Source: an uncultured Desulfarculus sp. (GTDB taxonomy: Bacteria; Desulfobacterota; Desulfarculia; Desulfarculales; Desulfarculaceae). Taken from it: 64,000 bases of DNA. The position numbers and the translations under genes were made by a program. Below are positions 30,423 to 43,944 of this stretch, piece after piece; position 1 is the first letter of the stretch, and each line of letters begins with the position of its first letter. The stretch lies in assembly GCA_963665125.2 (NCBI GenBank), contig CAXXUK010000001.1:576001-640000 (forward strand). The letters run 5' to 3'. The notes below the pieces were generated by a model. That model saw only the letters and a program-made list of their open reading frames with translations. It made no database searches and was not told the DNA's origin.

Positions 30423-30676
30423 TTTGGGGAACTTTTTTGAAAAAAAGTTCCCCAAACCCCTCAAAAAACTTTGCCGGTTATTGTTAGCCGGCTGCGCCGC
30501 CAAACAATAACCGGTCATTTTTCAGCGTTACGACGTATGGAAATGCGTTGTAATAAACGACGGCGCTCCTGATTTGGCTGTAGGCCAAATCAGGAGCGCG
30601 ATGCGCTTTTCTTTTTGGAAGGGGGTGTGGGGGAGACCTTTTTCTTTTGGTTACAAAAGAAAAAGGTCTCCCCCAC
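30423..30676. repeat. REP/REPIN- or MITE-like element: two related terminal palindromes in inverted orientation enclosing three hairpins
   Basis: Hairpins at 30423-30456 (16 bp), 30474-30514, 30528-30553, 30563-30599 (16 bp) and 30627-30676 (23 bp). Confidence 0.65.
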
Positions 30677-30680
30677 GAAC

Positions 30681-34148
<3,468 letters not shown>

Positions 34149-34323
34149 AATTTTAATCTTTGTCCAAGCAATCCATCAAGGTAAGTTGCGCCCTCAAGGT
34201 GCGGCCCATATTGTGCCAATGCGCAGGCGACAACACAAAATATAGCAAATTCGGGCGGCGTAAGAAAGCGCCTATGCCACAATTTGGACTACGGCATAAG
34301 ACGGCGTCGGAAGGCTGCGGATG

Positions 34324-35109
34324 TCAGCCCTTGGCCGCCACCTCAAGGCGCATCATGGGCGTGACTATGTTGCCTTGGGAGTCCGGCGGGTATGCGGCCA
34401 TGTAGCGGGCGACGATTTTCTGCACGAGTTCATCGCGCCGTTGCTCCGGTACCCGTTGCAGGTAGGGCATCCAGGTGGTGCGCAGCCATCCGGCAAAACC
34501 CTCGGCGTCATTTTGAAGCATGGTCTTGGGGATCAGCTTGGCCCGGACCTCCTTGAGACCCGCCTCGCCGGCCCAGGCTTCATACTCCTCAGGGCCGTGA
34601 AAGCCGTAGGGGAATGAAAAACCGTGGAAATATTGTTTCCATTGGTCTTCGCGGATGATTTCCTCCACCACCTCCACGATCTGGGCCGCGTTGCCCGTGC
34701 CGCCCATCTGCAACAGGACCCTGCCGCCGGGCCGCAGGCATCGTCTTATTCCCTTGAGCACCGGATGGTGGTCGATGATCCAGTGCAAGGCGGCATTGGA
34801 AAAGACGACGTCGAAGTGTTGCTCCAGGTCCAGGGCGCTGGCGTCGCCGACAACGAAGGACAGGTTAGGGCGCAGATCGGGCGGGAACTCGCTCCGGGCA
34901 AAGGCGATCATGTCGGCGGAACTGTCCAGGCCCACCACGGCGCCGCCGGGGACCAGTTCGGCGAGGCGGGCGGTTATCTTGCCGTCGCCGCAGCCGATGT
35001 CCAGAATGGTTTCATCTCCGCCCAGGCCGAGCTTGGCTATCAGCTCGCCTGCCCATGTCGCCTGGGCCTGGGAGTTGCGCGCGTAATCGCCGGGGTCCCA
35101 GCGGGGCAC
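34324..35109 (-). CDS. Class I SAM-dependent methyltransferase (Tam-like)
   Basis: ILDIGCGDG, GLDSSADM, FSNAALHW, LRPGG. Confidence 0.88.
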   Translation of the reverse strand: MPRWDPGDYARNSQAQATWAGELIAKLGLGGDETILDIGCGDGKITARLAELVPGGAVVGLDSSADMIAFARSEFPPDLRPNLSFVVGDASALDLEQHFDVVFSNAALHWIIDHHPVLKGIRRCLRPGGRVLLQMGGTGNAAQIVEVVEEIIREDQWKQYFHGFSFPYGFHGPEEYEAWAGEAGLKEVRAKLIPKTMLQNDAEGFAGWLRTTWMPYLQRVPEQRRDELVQKIVARYMAAYPPDSQGNIVTPMMRLEVAAKG

Positions 35110-35112
35110 GGG

Positions 35113-36666
35113 TTACTCCCACTCGATGGTTGCGGGCGGCTTGCTGGAGATGTCGAAAACCACGCGGTTGACGCCGTCGACCTCGTTGATGATCCGGCTG
35201 GAGATGGTGGCCAGTACCTGATAGGGCACCCTGGTCCAGTCGGCGGTCATGGCGTCGACGCTGTCGACCACCCGCAGGGCGATCACGTCTTCGTAGGTGC
35301 GCTCGTCGCCCATGACGCCAACGGTCTTGACGGGGGCCAATACGGCGAAGCTCTGCCAGACCTTGTGATACATTTCCGCGGCGCGCATTTCCTCCAGCAC
35401 GATGCTGTCGGCCTGGCGCACGGTCTTGAGGCGCTCTCTGGTGACCTCGCCCATGATGCGGATGGCCAGGCCCGGTCCGGGGAAGGGCTGGCGGCCCACG
35501 ATGGTCTCGGGCAGGCCCAGTTCTCGGCCCACCTCCCGGCATTCGTCCTTGAACAGCTCCCGCAGGGGCTCCACCAACTCCATTTTCATGTGCTCGGGCA
35601 GGCCGCCCACGTTGTGGTGGCTCTTGATCACCGCGCTGGGGCCCTTGAAGCTGACGGATTCGATGACGTCGGGGTAGAGCGTGCCCTGGGCCAGGTAGTC
35701 AACCTTGCCGATCTTGGCGGCCTCGGACTCGAAGACCTCGATGAAGGTGTGGCCGATGATGCGGCGCTTCTTTTCCGGGTCGGTTACCCCGGCCAGTTTG
35801 TCCAGGAACAGGTCCTTGGCGTCGACAACCACCAGATTCACGCCGAACACGTCCTGGAACACTCCCCTGACCTCGCTGACCTCACCGGCCCGCAGCACGC
35901 CGTTGTCCACGAAGATGCAGGTCAGGTCGTCGCCGATGGCCTTGTGCAGCAGCAGGGCCACAACCGAAGAATCCACGCCGCCGGACAGGGCGCATATCAC
36001 CTTCTTGCCTGCCAGGCGCGTCTTGAAATCGGCAATGGTCGCTTCGGCGAAGTTGTGCATGGTCCAGATGGGCTTGCAGCCGCACTCGCCCAGAACGAAC
36101 GCCGCCAGCATGGCCGCGCCCTGGGGCGTATGGGCCACCTCGGGGTGGAACTGCACGCCGTAGATGCGTTTTTGCAGGTTGCCCATGGCCGCCACGGGCG
36201 AGTTGTCGCTGACGGCCAGGACCTCGAAGCCGCCGGGGAACTGCTCGATGCGGTCGCCGTGGCTCATCCAAACCGGGATTTCCTCGGTCTGGTCCAGCTC
36301 CCGGAACGGACCGGCGAGTTTGTTGATTTTCAACTTGGCCGGGCCGTATTCGCGCTTTTCGCCCCGGGCCACGGTGCCGCCCATCAGGTGGGTGATGGTC
36401 TGCATGCCGTAGCAGATGCCCAACACCGGCACGCCCAGCTCGAACACGCCGGGGTCCACGGTGGGGGCGTCGTCGGCATACACCGAGGCCGGACCGCCGG
36501 AGAGGATCACGCCCATGGGCGCATAGGCCTTGATCGCCTCCAGGGACATGGTACAGGGATGGATTTCACAGTAAACCCTGGCCTCGCGCACCCTGCGGGC
36601 AATGAGCTGGGTGGTCTGGGAGCCAAAGTCCAGGATCAATACTTTTTCTGAATGGATATCCGCCAC
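35113..36666 (-). CDS. guaA: GMP synthase (glutamine-hydrolysing)
   Basis: [42 protein letters not shown]. Confidence 0.98.
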   Translation of the reverse strand: MADIHSEKVLILDFGSQTTQLIARRVREARVYCEIHPCTMSLEAIKAYAPMGVILSGGPASVYADDAPTVDPGVFELGVPVLGICYGMQTITHLMGGTVARGEKREYGPAKLKINKLAGPFRELDQTEEIPVWMSHGDRIEQFPGGFEVLAVSDNSPVAAMGNLQKRIYGVQFHPEVAHTPQGAAMLAAFVLGECGCKPIWTMHNFAEATIADFKTRLAGKKVICALSGGVDSSVVALLLHKAIGDDLTCIFVDNGVLRAGEVSEVRGVFQDVFGVNLVVVDAKDLFLDKLAGVTDPEKKRRIIGHTFIEVFESEAAKIGKVDYLAQGTLYPDVIESVSFKGPSAVIKSHHNVGGLPEHMKMELVEPLRELFKDECREVGRELGLPETIVGRQPFPGPGLAIRIMGEVTRERLKTVRQADSIVLEEMRAAEMYHKVWQSFAVLAPVKTVGVMGDERTYEDVIALRVVDSVDAMTADWTRVPYQVLATISSRIINEVDGVNRVVFDISSKPPATIEWE

Positions 36667-36702
36667 GTCCGGCCTTCTTTCCTGAGTTTAATGGTCTTGA
36701 TA

Positions 36703-38163
36703 TCACTCAACCCGGTAGTTGGGCGCTTCCTTGGTGATGGTAACGTCATGCACATGGCTTTCGCGCAGACCCGCCGCCGTGATCTGGATGAATTCGGCCT
36801 TTTGCTTGAGTTCCTCAAGGTTGGACGCACCCACATAACCCATGCCCGAGCGCAGGCCGCCCATGAGCTGGTAGATGCTGTCGGACAGCGGTCCCAGGAA
36901 CGGAACCCGGCCCACGATGCCCTCGGGCACCAGCTTGGATTCGATGGTGTCTTCCTGGGCGTAGCGGTCGCCGCTGCCGGCCTTCATGGCGTCGATGGAG
37001 CCCATGCCCCTGTAGACCTTGTAGCGGCGGCCCTGGAACAGGATCGTCTCACCGGGCGACTCCTCGGTGCCCGCGAACAGCGAGCCGATCATCACCACGT
37101 TGGCGCCGCCGGCCAGGGCCTTGACCACGTCGCCGCTGAACTTGATGCCGCCGTCGGCGATCATTGACACGCCCGCCGCCCGGGTCACTTCGGCGACTTC
37201 CATGACCGCCGTCATCTGGGGTACGCCAACACCGGCCACCACGCGGGTGGTGCAGATGGAGCCCGGGCCCACGCCGACCTTGACGCAGTCGGCGCCCGCG
37301 TCGATGAGATCCTTGGCTCCCTGGGGCGTGGCCACGTTGCCGGCCACAACCTGGGCGTCCGGCCAATTTCTCTTGAGCTCGCTGACCGAATCCAGAACCC
37401 GGTAGCTGTGGCCGTGGGCCGAGTCCAGGCACAGCACGTCGACTCCGGCGGCCAGCAGACGCTCGGCCCTTCGCAGTCCTTCATCACCGACGCCGATGGC
37501 CGCACCAACCCGCAGGCGGCCCAGGCCGTCTTTGGCGGCCTGGGGATATTTGCGGACCTTTTCAATATCCTTGATGGTGATCAGGCCCTTGAGGGTGCCG
37601 TCTTCCTCGGTTACCAGGAGTTTTTCAATGCGGTGTTTGTGCAGCACGGCCTTAGATTCTTCCAGGGTGATGCCCTCGCGCACGGTTACCAGATTCTCCT
37701 TGGTCATCACGTCGGAGACCTTCTGGTCGAAATTGGTCTCGAAGCGCAGATCGCGGTTGGTGATGATGCCCACCAGCTTGCGGTCGCCCACCACCACGGG
37801 CACACCGCTGACGCGGTACTGCTTCATCAGGTCCAACACCTGGTGAATGGTGTTGTCCGGGCCCACGGTGATGGGGTCGATGATCATGCCGGATTCAGAC
37901 TTTTTGACTTTGAGGGCTTCCAACACCTGGTGCTCGATGGACAGGTTTTTGTGGATAAAGCCCAGACCGCCATGACGGGCCATGGCAATGGCCGTGTCGG
38001 CTTCTGTGACCGTGTCCATAGCCGCGGAAACCAGGGGGATGTTTAAAGCGATTTTGCTGGTCAGTTTGGCGACAGTGGTCACCTCGTGGGGCAAGACCTG
38101 ACTGTGGCCGGGTTTCAGTAGAAGATCGTCAAAGGTCAATCCGAATTGAATATCGCTTTTCAT
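36703..38163 (-). CDS. guaB: IMP dehydrogenase
   Basis: [17 protein letters not shown] pair, [15 protein letters not shown]. Confidence 0.98.
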   Translation of the reverse strand: MKSDIQFGLTFDDLLLKPGHSQVLPHEVTTVAKLTSKIALNIPLVSAAMDTVTEADTAIAMARHGGLGFIHKNLSIEHQVLEALKVKKSESGMIIDPITVGPDNTIHQVLDLMKQYRVSGVPVVVGDRKLVGIITNRDLRFETNFDQKVSDVMTKENLVTVREGITLEESKAVLHKHRIEKLLVTEEDGTLKGLITIKDIEKVRKYPQAAKDGLGRLRVGAAIGVGDEGLRRAERLLAAGVDVLCLDSAHGHSYRVLDSVSELKRNWPDAQVVAGNVATPQGAKDLIDAGADCVKVGVGPGSICTTRVVAGVGVPQMTAVMEVAEVTRAAGVSMIADGGIKFSGDVVKALAGGANVVMIGSLFAGTEESPGETILFQGRRYKVYRGMGSIDAMKAGSGDRYAQEDTIESKLVPEGIVGRVPFLGPLSDSIYQLMGGLRSGMGYVGASNLEELKQKAEFIQITAAGLRESHVHDVTITKEAPNYRVE

Positions 38164-39098
38164 GGCCTGGTTTCTCCAAAATAGTAAATGGACGCGTCAT
38201 CAAGGAGGATGCCCTCTAGCAGTCCCGCGTCCATGGTAATCATCCCATCCAGCCCGAACAGACCCATAAGTCCGCCCAGGATGGCCATACCAGCTATTAT
38301 TATATCAGCCCTTTCGGGCTCAAGGCCCTTGATCGTCTTTCTTTGCGCCAGGGGCATATGGGTCAGCCGCCGAAAGTGTTCATTAAATAATGATCGGCTT
38401 ACGGCGACGTTGTTGATCTCGTCGGGTTTGTAGACCTCGTGGCCCTGGGCCATGGCCGCTATGGTGGCCGCGGTTCCCGCCGTGGCCACAAGGCGTGAAG
38501 CCCTTTTATCAGAGGCTGGTTCGAGGCCCTTTTCCACGGCTTTGGCCAAGGCTTCGAGTTGCTCCCGCGCGGGCGGATCGTCGCGGACAAAGGCCTCGGT
38601 CAGGCTGACCGCGCCGATTTTGAGGCTCAGGCCAGGCGCTGTCTCGTCGGCAAGGTCGATAAGCTCGGTGCTGGCTCCGCCCACGTCGGCCAGTATCGCG
38701 CCCCGCAGGGAACCCTCAAGCCTGCTCAGGACGCCCAGCCGGGACAGGCGCGCCTCTTGATCGCCGCTGATCACGGCCGCTGAATCAATGGCCAGCTCAC
38801 CAGCCAGCTCTTGCACGAAGGCCAGGCCGTCGGAAGCGGCCCGGCAGGCCTGGGTGGCGGCCAGGGCGATGCGCCGGGCTCCGGCCTTGCGGGCGCGTTG
38901 GACAAATTCTCCGGCCGCCGAGCGCGCCTTTTGCTTGGCCTCATCCGCCAGAGGCTTTCCCGGCTCGAGGCCCCGGCCCAGGCGCGGCGTGGCCAGGCCT
39001 CTTGCAACGGCCTGCCAGCGGCCTCGACCCACGTCGGCGAGTAAAAACCTCAGCGTGTTGGAACCCAGGTCCAACGATGCGCATCGAATAGTGTCCAT
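38160..39098 (-). CDS. Ppx/GppA family phosphatase
   Basis: [38 protein letters not shown]. Start uncertain (39098 or 39122). Confidence 0.9.
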   Translation of the reverse strand: MDTIRCASLDLGSNTLRFLLADVGRGRWQAVARGLATPRLGRGLEPGKPLADEAKQKARSAAGEFVQRARKAGARRIALAATQACRAASDGLAFVQELAGELAIDSAAVISGDQEARLSRLGVLSRLEGSLRGAILADVGGASTELIDLADETAPGLSLKIGAVSLTEAFVRDDPPAREQLEALAKAVEKGLEPASDKRASRLVATAGTAATIAAMAQGHEVYKPDEINNVAVSRSLFNEHFRRLTHMPLAQRKTIKGLEPERADIIIAGMAILGGLMGLFGLDGMITMDAGLLEGILLDDASIYYFGETRP

Positions 39099-39312
39099 AT
39101 AACCGGAATCTGCCAGTGACAATAGCCCAATACCGCCAACAAGCTCGGGAGAGCGTCCGCAACCGGATTGGCTCCATTTCTAGCAGAGTGGGCCGCAATT
39201 GACAAGGGTAGAGGGCAACACCAACGGCCGCAACCGGGCTGATTTCTGCTATGCTTGGTCTGATTGATAAAACTGTTGGGCATTTTCGCATGTTTGGGGT
39301 TTAAGTTTAAAA

Positions 39313-41178
39313 ATGACGTTGCGCTCGATAGTTCACCGTTTTTCCCGAGGCAGGACCATAAACAAGGTCGCCGAGGAGCTTAGCGGCCCGGCGGCTCTGG
39401 AAAAAATGCTGGTGCAGTGCGGCTATTCCGGCAGGCCCGAGGGCTTGGCCGGTAGGCTGGATATGGAACTGCCTCTGGCCTTGCCTCTGTATACGGACAA
39501 CCGGCAATGCAGGCACTGGGCCTCGCACTATAAAGCCACCGAATCGCTGAACGCGGCCAGGGCGGGGTGCTCTTTTCTGCCGCCTCCTGAGAATGGCCGG
39601 CCGGTTCCGGCCAGCGTGGTCAAACAGGGCAAGGCCGTTTGGCTCAGGCAACGCCCCTGGAACAGCGGGCATTTGATCGTGCCCCTGGCCAGGGCCTGGC
39701 GGGTCAGTGGCGATAAGGATTTCTTATCCGGCGTCGAGCGGCAGTTGCGGGATTACCATGTGTTCAGCCCGCCGCTGATGGGGCCGGGCTGGCAGGACGG
39801 CGCCCTTGTGGCCCTGCGGGTCGTCAACTGGCTGCTGGGTCTGCGCTTGGTGCAAAATATTTCCCATATGGAAGCTGCGGTGATAGCTCAGGCCGTATTG
39901 GATCTGCGCGTGGCCGGTATGGTTCTTAGCAGCGAACTGGAGGCCCAGACCGAACCGTCCCTGGATCTATTGGGCCATGGCTGCGCTTTGATGTTCCTGG
40001 GGCGCTGCCTGAGCATGCTTGAAGAATCCGGCCAATGGCTCAAACAGGGCGCGGCGGCGGTGGGGCCCTGTCTGGCGTGTTGGTCCCGGGCGGACAAACC
40101 CAGGCCAACGGCCCTGGCCGCGGCCATTTGCCAATGGGCCGTGTTGGCCCTTTGGCTTTCGCGAAAGGCCGGCTGCGACGTGCCCGGCCTGGAAGACGCC
40201 TTGCCGCCGGTGGCCCTGTTTTGCCGGGCCGATGCGCCGCCGTGGGGCGGCGGCAGGGGCTGGGGATTTTCCCACCTCTGGCCCGTGCTTGACTTTGGCG
40301 GCGCGTGCTCGGCGGCCGAGGCCCACGCATGGCCCGCCAACATGGCGGCAATGCTGTTGGGGGATGCCGATCTGCGGGCCGACCGCAACATGTACGAGCC
40401 CTTGTATTGGTTCTGCGGCCCGGAAACTCCGGCCCGGCTGCGCTCTCTTGCCAATATCAAGGCGCCCCAGGCCGTTGATTCACCTTGCCTGGGGGCCACG
40501 GCCCTGTGCCTGAACTCGGCTGGCCGGCGGTCCCGGGTCATGTTGCGTTCCAGCCCCAGGCGCGGCCAGGGACTGATGGAGCACCAGGCAGAAGCCTTGT
40601 CGTTCGGTCTTTTGCTTGATCAGGCACCGGTTGTAATCAGCCCAGGGGTAGTGTTGGGCGGGCCCATGGAGTCTTTTAATAAATCCCGCAGATCAGGCAA
40701 CGGACCGGTGGTGGACGGCCTCGAGCCAAAGTCCGGCGGCATAGTCCTGGAAGGCATGGAGCAGACCGGCAGCCACGCCTTTGTATCGGCTACATTCGAC
40801 GGTTACAAATACCTGGCAGATCCGGTGATCATGCGCCGAAGGTTGCACATCGACGCATCACGGGGAGTGTTGAACATTGTGGACCAACTTGATTCAAAGG
40901 TGGTCCATACCGTGGAAATCAATTTGATGCTGGCAGCCGATTCCGATGCTCACCAAACCGAGGACGGGTTGTGGGTCGTCTGTGGGGTCTTCGGGATCGT
41001 GTTGGTCCGCCCTGAACCACGGGCCACCTGCGAATTGGTTCGCGGGCGCGGCGATCCGGCTTTGGGTTGGGCGGCTTCCGAAACGGGGGATGTCGTCCCC
41101 GCACCGGTGTTGCGCATCGTTTGTCAGACCGTGGGTCAGGCTTCCCTGACGACCTCCATTGTTTGGGGCCAGGGGTAA
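39313..41178 (+). CDS. Heparinase II/III-like protein, apparently degenerate
   Basis: P.MGPGW...VALRVVNW, H.A.ALSF, DGY...PVIMRRR, IVDQL layout typical of heparinase II/III-family proteins. Confidence 0.6.
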   Translation: MTLRSIVHRFSRGRTINKVAEELSGPAALEKMLVQCGYSGRPEGLAGRLDMELPLALPLYTDNRQCRHWASHYKATESLNAARAGCSFLPPPENGRPVPASVVKQGKAVWLRQRPWNSGHLIVPLARAWRVSGDKDFLSGVERQLRDYHVFSPPLMGPGWQDGALVALRVVNWLLGLRLVQNISHMEAAVIAQAVLDLRVAGMVLSSELEAQTEPSLDLLGHGCALMFLGRCLSMLEESGQWLKQGAAAVGPCLACWSRADKPRPTALAAAICQWAVLALWLSRKAGCDVPGLEDALPPVALFCRADAPPWGGGRGWGFSHLWPVLDFGGACSAAEAHAWPANMAAMLLGDADLRADRNMYEPLYWFCGPETPARLRSLANIKAPQAVDSPCLGATALCLNSAGRRSRVMLRSSPRRGQGLMEHQAEALSFGLLLDQAPVVISPGVVLGGPMESFNKSRRSGNGPVVDGLEPKSGGIVLEGMEQTGSHAFVSATFDGYKYLADPVIMRRRLHIDASRGVLNIVDQLDSKVVHTVEINLMLAADSDAHQTEDGLWVVCGVFGIVLVRPEPRATCELVRGRGDPALGWAASETGDVVPAPVLRIVCQTVGQASLTTSIVWGQG

Positions 41179-41281
41179 ACAGATTGTAAACATTGTGTTA
41201 TTATTCCTGACCTGAGATAATCACAAAAGCGCATTCTGGAGCGTTTGACAAGTTTTCATTGAACAACAGGAGAACTGGCCA

Positions 41282-41584
41282 ATGGCAAAACTAGGTATCT
41301 TGGTCTCCTCCGACAAGCACATTGATCATCTCATCGGCATAACCGATGCCGCCAGGTCCGCGGGCCACGAGGTGATCGTATTTTTGTCGGCCCGTGGCGT
41401 CCTGCTGACCCAGCATGAGCGCTTTCCGGAGATGGAAGGTAAAACGACAATCAGCCTCTGCAACGTGGGGTTTGAATTTTTCAACCTGCAAAAGCCGGTA
41501 CCGGTGGTCAAGGATGAAGACTTCGCCACGCAGATGCGTCACGGTCACCTGATCGAAGACTGTGACCGGTATATCGTATTGTAG
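41282..41584 (+). CDS. DsrE/TusD-like sulfur-relay protein
   Basis: KLGILVS, EVIVFLSARGVLL, SLC (conserved Cys position), C-terminal CDRYIVL. Confidence 0.72.
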   Translation: MAKLGILVSSDKHIDHLIGITDAARSAGHEVIVFLSARGVLLTQHERFPEMEGKTTISLCNVGFEFFNLQKPVPVVKDEDFATQMRHGHLIEDCDRYIVL

Positions 41585-41593
41585 GAGGCCGGG

Positions 41594-41902
41594 ATGAAAA
41601 TCGAAAAAGTCGCGTTTATCATAAACCAGGACGACTGCTGGGAAGGCATCCGTTCCACCCTGGGCCTTTTGGTGGAAAACATGTGGTGCGCCGCTTTTGT
41701 CATTGATAATGAAATGAATGTGTCCGCGCCGAAAACCACCGAGGATCTGCAGGAAAACCTGGAGATGCTGGTGGAGGACCTCGAGGGCGAGGTCTACAGC
41801 AACGTCCAGGCAAATGTGGACAAATTTCAGTATGTCGAGTACATGTCTTTGGAAGACATGGCCGAAAAGCTCAAAGAATACGAACTCGTGGTTCCATTCT
41901 AG
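41594..41902 (+). CDS. DsrF/TusC-like protein
   Basis: KVAFII...EGIRSTLGL, C-terminal MAEKLKEYELVVPF. Second gene of the triad. Confidence 0.6.
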   Translation: MKIEKVAFIINQDDCWEGIRSTLGLLVENMWCAAFVIDNEMNVSAPKTTEDLQENLEMLVEDLEGEVYSNVQANVDKFQYVEYMSLEDMAEKLKEYELVVPF

Positions 41903-41913
41903 GGAGGCCGTTC

Positions 41914-42084
41914 ATGAAGCTGCTTATGATCTATAAAAGCGAGCCTGATCAGTCCACGGCTTTTCTGGCCGCTAAACTCTCCGAGGGCAAAGACGTTACC
42001 CGGTTCAATCTTTTCGAAGATACCGATTACGATAAACTGGTCGGTCTGATCTTTGAAAACGATGAGATAATCAGCTGGTGGTAG
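41914..42084 (+). CDS. DsrH/TusB-like mini-protein (56 aa; absent from ORF track)
   Basis: GGGAGG RBS; manual translation MKLLMIYKS...DYDKLVGLIFENDEIISWW, whose C-terminus resembles DsrH/TusB. Confidence 0.65.
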   Translation: MKLLMIYKSEPDQSTAFLAAKLSEGKDVTRFNLFEDTDYDKLVGLIFENDEIISWW

Positions 42085-42104
42085 AAATCTAAAGTACGAA
42101 TACG

Positions 42105-42134
42105 AAGCCGTCCACCACGGGCGGCTTTTTTTTT
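42105..42134 (+). terminator. Intrinsic terminator after the DsrEFH-like triad
   Basis: AAGCCGTCC-accac-GGGCGGCTT followed by a T run. Confidence 0.85.
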
Positions 42135-42598
42135 ATCCTTGTGACGAAATTATCAACGCAAAAATCGCCAAAAATATTTACTGCCATTATTAAAAGCCAA
42201 AAGCACTAACATGCCCCGGCCAGAAAACCATTGAAATTTGAGATTTCATTGTTTTAAACTCTTTAAAGCCGAGGTGGGGTCCCTCTATATTCTTGCTTAC
42301 CGCATTACGTCACGGACCTGCGGCAAACACCCGGTCGTCATTCGATTGTTTGTTGTCAACATGCAATTGAAAAAAGCCGCAATGCAATGGCTGGACTTCT
42401 CGCTGCGCCGACCCTTAAGCGGTGACATGCACTGAAAAAACATCAGCGGCCTGAGGATGCTAGTTTTTTACAGCCCCCCGATCATCGTGCCTAAAGGGCA
42501 CATCTTTTGATGACGGAGTTGTAATCAACTGGGTGCGGACTATTGGGCCGAAGGACGCACATAATCACCAATTCCTATTTATTTGTAGGAGAGGATGA

Positions 42599-43801
42599 AT
42601 GAAACGATTATGGTGCATGGTGTTGGCATTGGCGCTGGGGGTGGCCGTGGCCGTTCCCGCGCTGGCCGGTGATGTCCCGGGTGTTACCAAGGACACCATC
42701 AAGATCGGGCAATGGGGTCCCCAAACAGGGCCGGCCGCCTTATGGGGCGCCGTTGCGAGAGGTTCAGATCTCTATTTTAAAATGATCAACGACCAAGGCG
42801 GTATCAACGGCCGAAAAATCGAATATTTCATGCGCGACGACGGCTACCAGCCCAACAAAACCAAGGCCATTGTAAAGGAATTGGTTGAAAAAGAGGGCGT
42901 TTGGGGCTTTGTCGGCGGCGTGGGCACCAGCCCGGGCATGGCCGTCATGCCTTACCTGGTGGAGCGCAACATCCCCTGGGTGTCCCCCTCTTCGGGCAGC
43001 ACCCATTGGGCCTTCCCTCCCAAGAAAAACATCTGGGCCACCTATCCGACATATCCAGTGGATGCCTACCTGCTGACCAGGTACGCGGTGGAAAATCTTA
43101 AAAAGACAAAGATCGGTTTTATCTACCAAAATGACGATTACGGCAAGGGCGGCATAGTCGGCGCGGAAAAATACCTGCGCGACCATGGCATGAAGCTGGC
43201 CGCCGAGGTCTCAACCGAAATCACCGACACCGATCTGAGCACCCAGGTGCTTAAGCTCAAGGAGGCCGGTTGCGATGTTGTGATCATGTGGCTGCTGCCC
43301 AAGCAGGCGGCAATCACCTTGGGCACGGCGGCCAAGATGGGCTACCGTCCCCAGTTCATGACCTCCACCACCCTGGCCGACTCCGAGTTGATGTACAAAA
43401 TTACCAAGGGCCTGTGGAAGGGCGTGATCTGCTCGACCTTTGGTTTCCTGCCCTGGGACGACGCTCCGGTCATGGTGCAGGCAAGGGCCGCCTGGCAGAA
43501 ATTCGCTCCCCATGAGCGTTGGGGTCCCTTCTATACCTCCGGCATGTACTACTCCGAGCCTCTGGCCGAAGGAATCAGACGCTGTGGTGACGACCTGAGC
43601 TATGACAACTTTGTCAAGGTCATGGAAGCCATGAAGGATTTCCAGGCCAGTGGCGCTCCGATAACCTTTGGTCCAAACAAGCGTCAGGGCTGCAACAGCG
43701 TTTTCCTTGTCAAGTGCGACCCGTCGGTCAAGGGTATGGCCGTAAAGATTTCCGACTGGATGACCGTGGAGGATTTCAGTCCCGAATGGTTGGAAAAGTA
43801 A
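42599..43801 (+). CDS. ABC transporter substrate-binding protein, LivJ/K-like (paralog 1 of 5)
   Basis: Signal peptide, GVTKDTIKIG, PQTGPAA, GGINGRKI, DDGYQP, YQNDDYG. Confidence 0.92.
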   Translation: MKRLWCMVLALALGVAVAVPALAGDVPGVTKDTIKIGQWGPQTGPAALWGAVARGSDLYFKMINDQGGINGRKIEYFMRDDGYQPNKTKAIVKELVEKEGVWGFVGGVGTSPGMAVMPYLVERNIPWVSPSSGSTHWAFPPKKNIWATYPTYPVDAYLLTRYAVENLKKTKIGFIYQNDDYGKGGIVGAEKYLRDHGMKLAAEVSTEITDTDLSTQVLKLKEAGCDVVIMWLLPKQAAITLGTAAKMGYRPQFMTSTTLADSELMYKITKGLWKGVICSTFGFLPWDDAPVMVQARAAWQKFAPHERWGPFYTSGMYYSEPLAEGIRRCGDDLSYDNFVKVMEAMKDFQASGAPITFGPNKRQGCNSVFLVKCDPSVKGMAVKISDWMTVEDFSPEWLEK

Positions 43802-43944
43802 CTGTCGGTGGTTTCGCGCCGATTTGGCGTGAAACCACCGACAGTTTCTTGATGAAGTCCGAGGACTTCGAAATAAGGTTGGCAGACGGTTGAGATGGGC
43901 TGCCATTTAATGTGGGTACGGTTGTTGATATTCGGGAGAAGGCG
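43800..43944 (+). promoter_or_regulatory. Structured intergenic element, copy A
   Basis: 21-bp hairpin, TTCTTGA, TCCGAG hairpin, TGGCAG/CTGCCA stem. Same length and layout as 45151-45293. Confidence 0.55.

Noticed and set aside
39120..39300. Possible ncRNA in the ppx/heparinase-like intergenic region
   Set aside because: No recognisable family or convincing stems. More simply explained as divergent promoter DNA.
42315..42345. GGCAAAC suggesting a c-di-GMP-I riboswitch
   Set aside because: It lacks the following GAAA-capped stem and the GACGCAAA segment.
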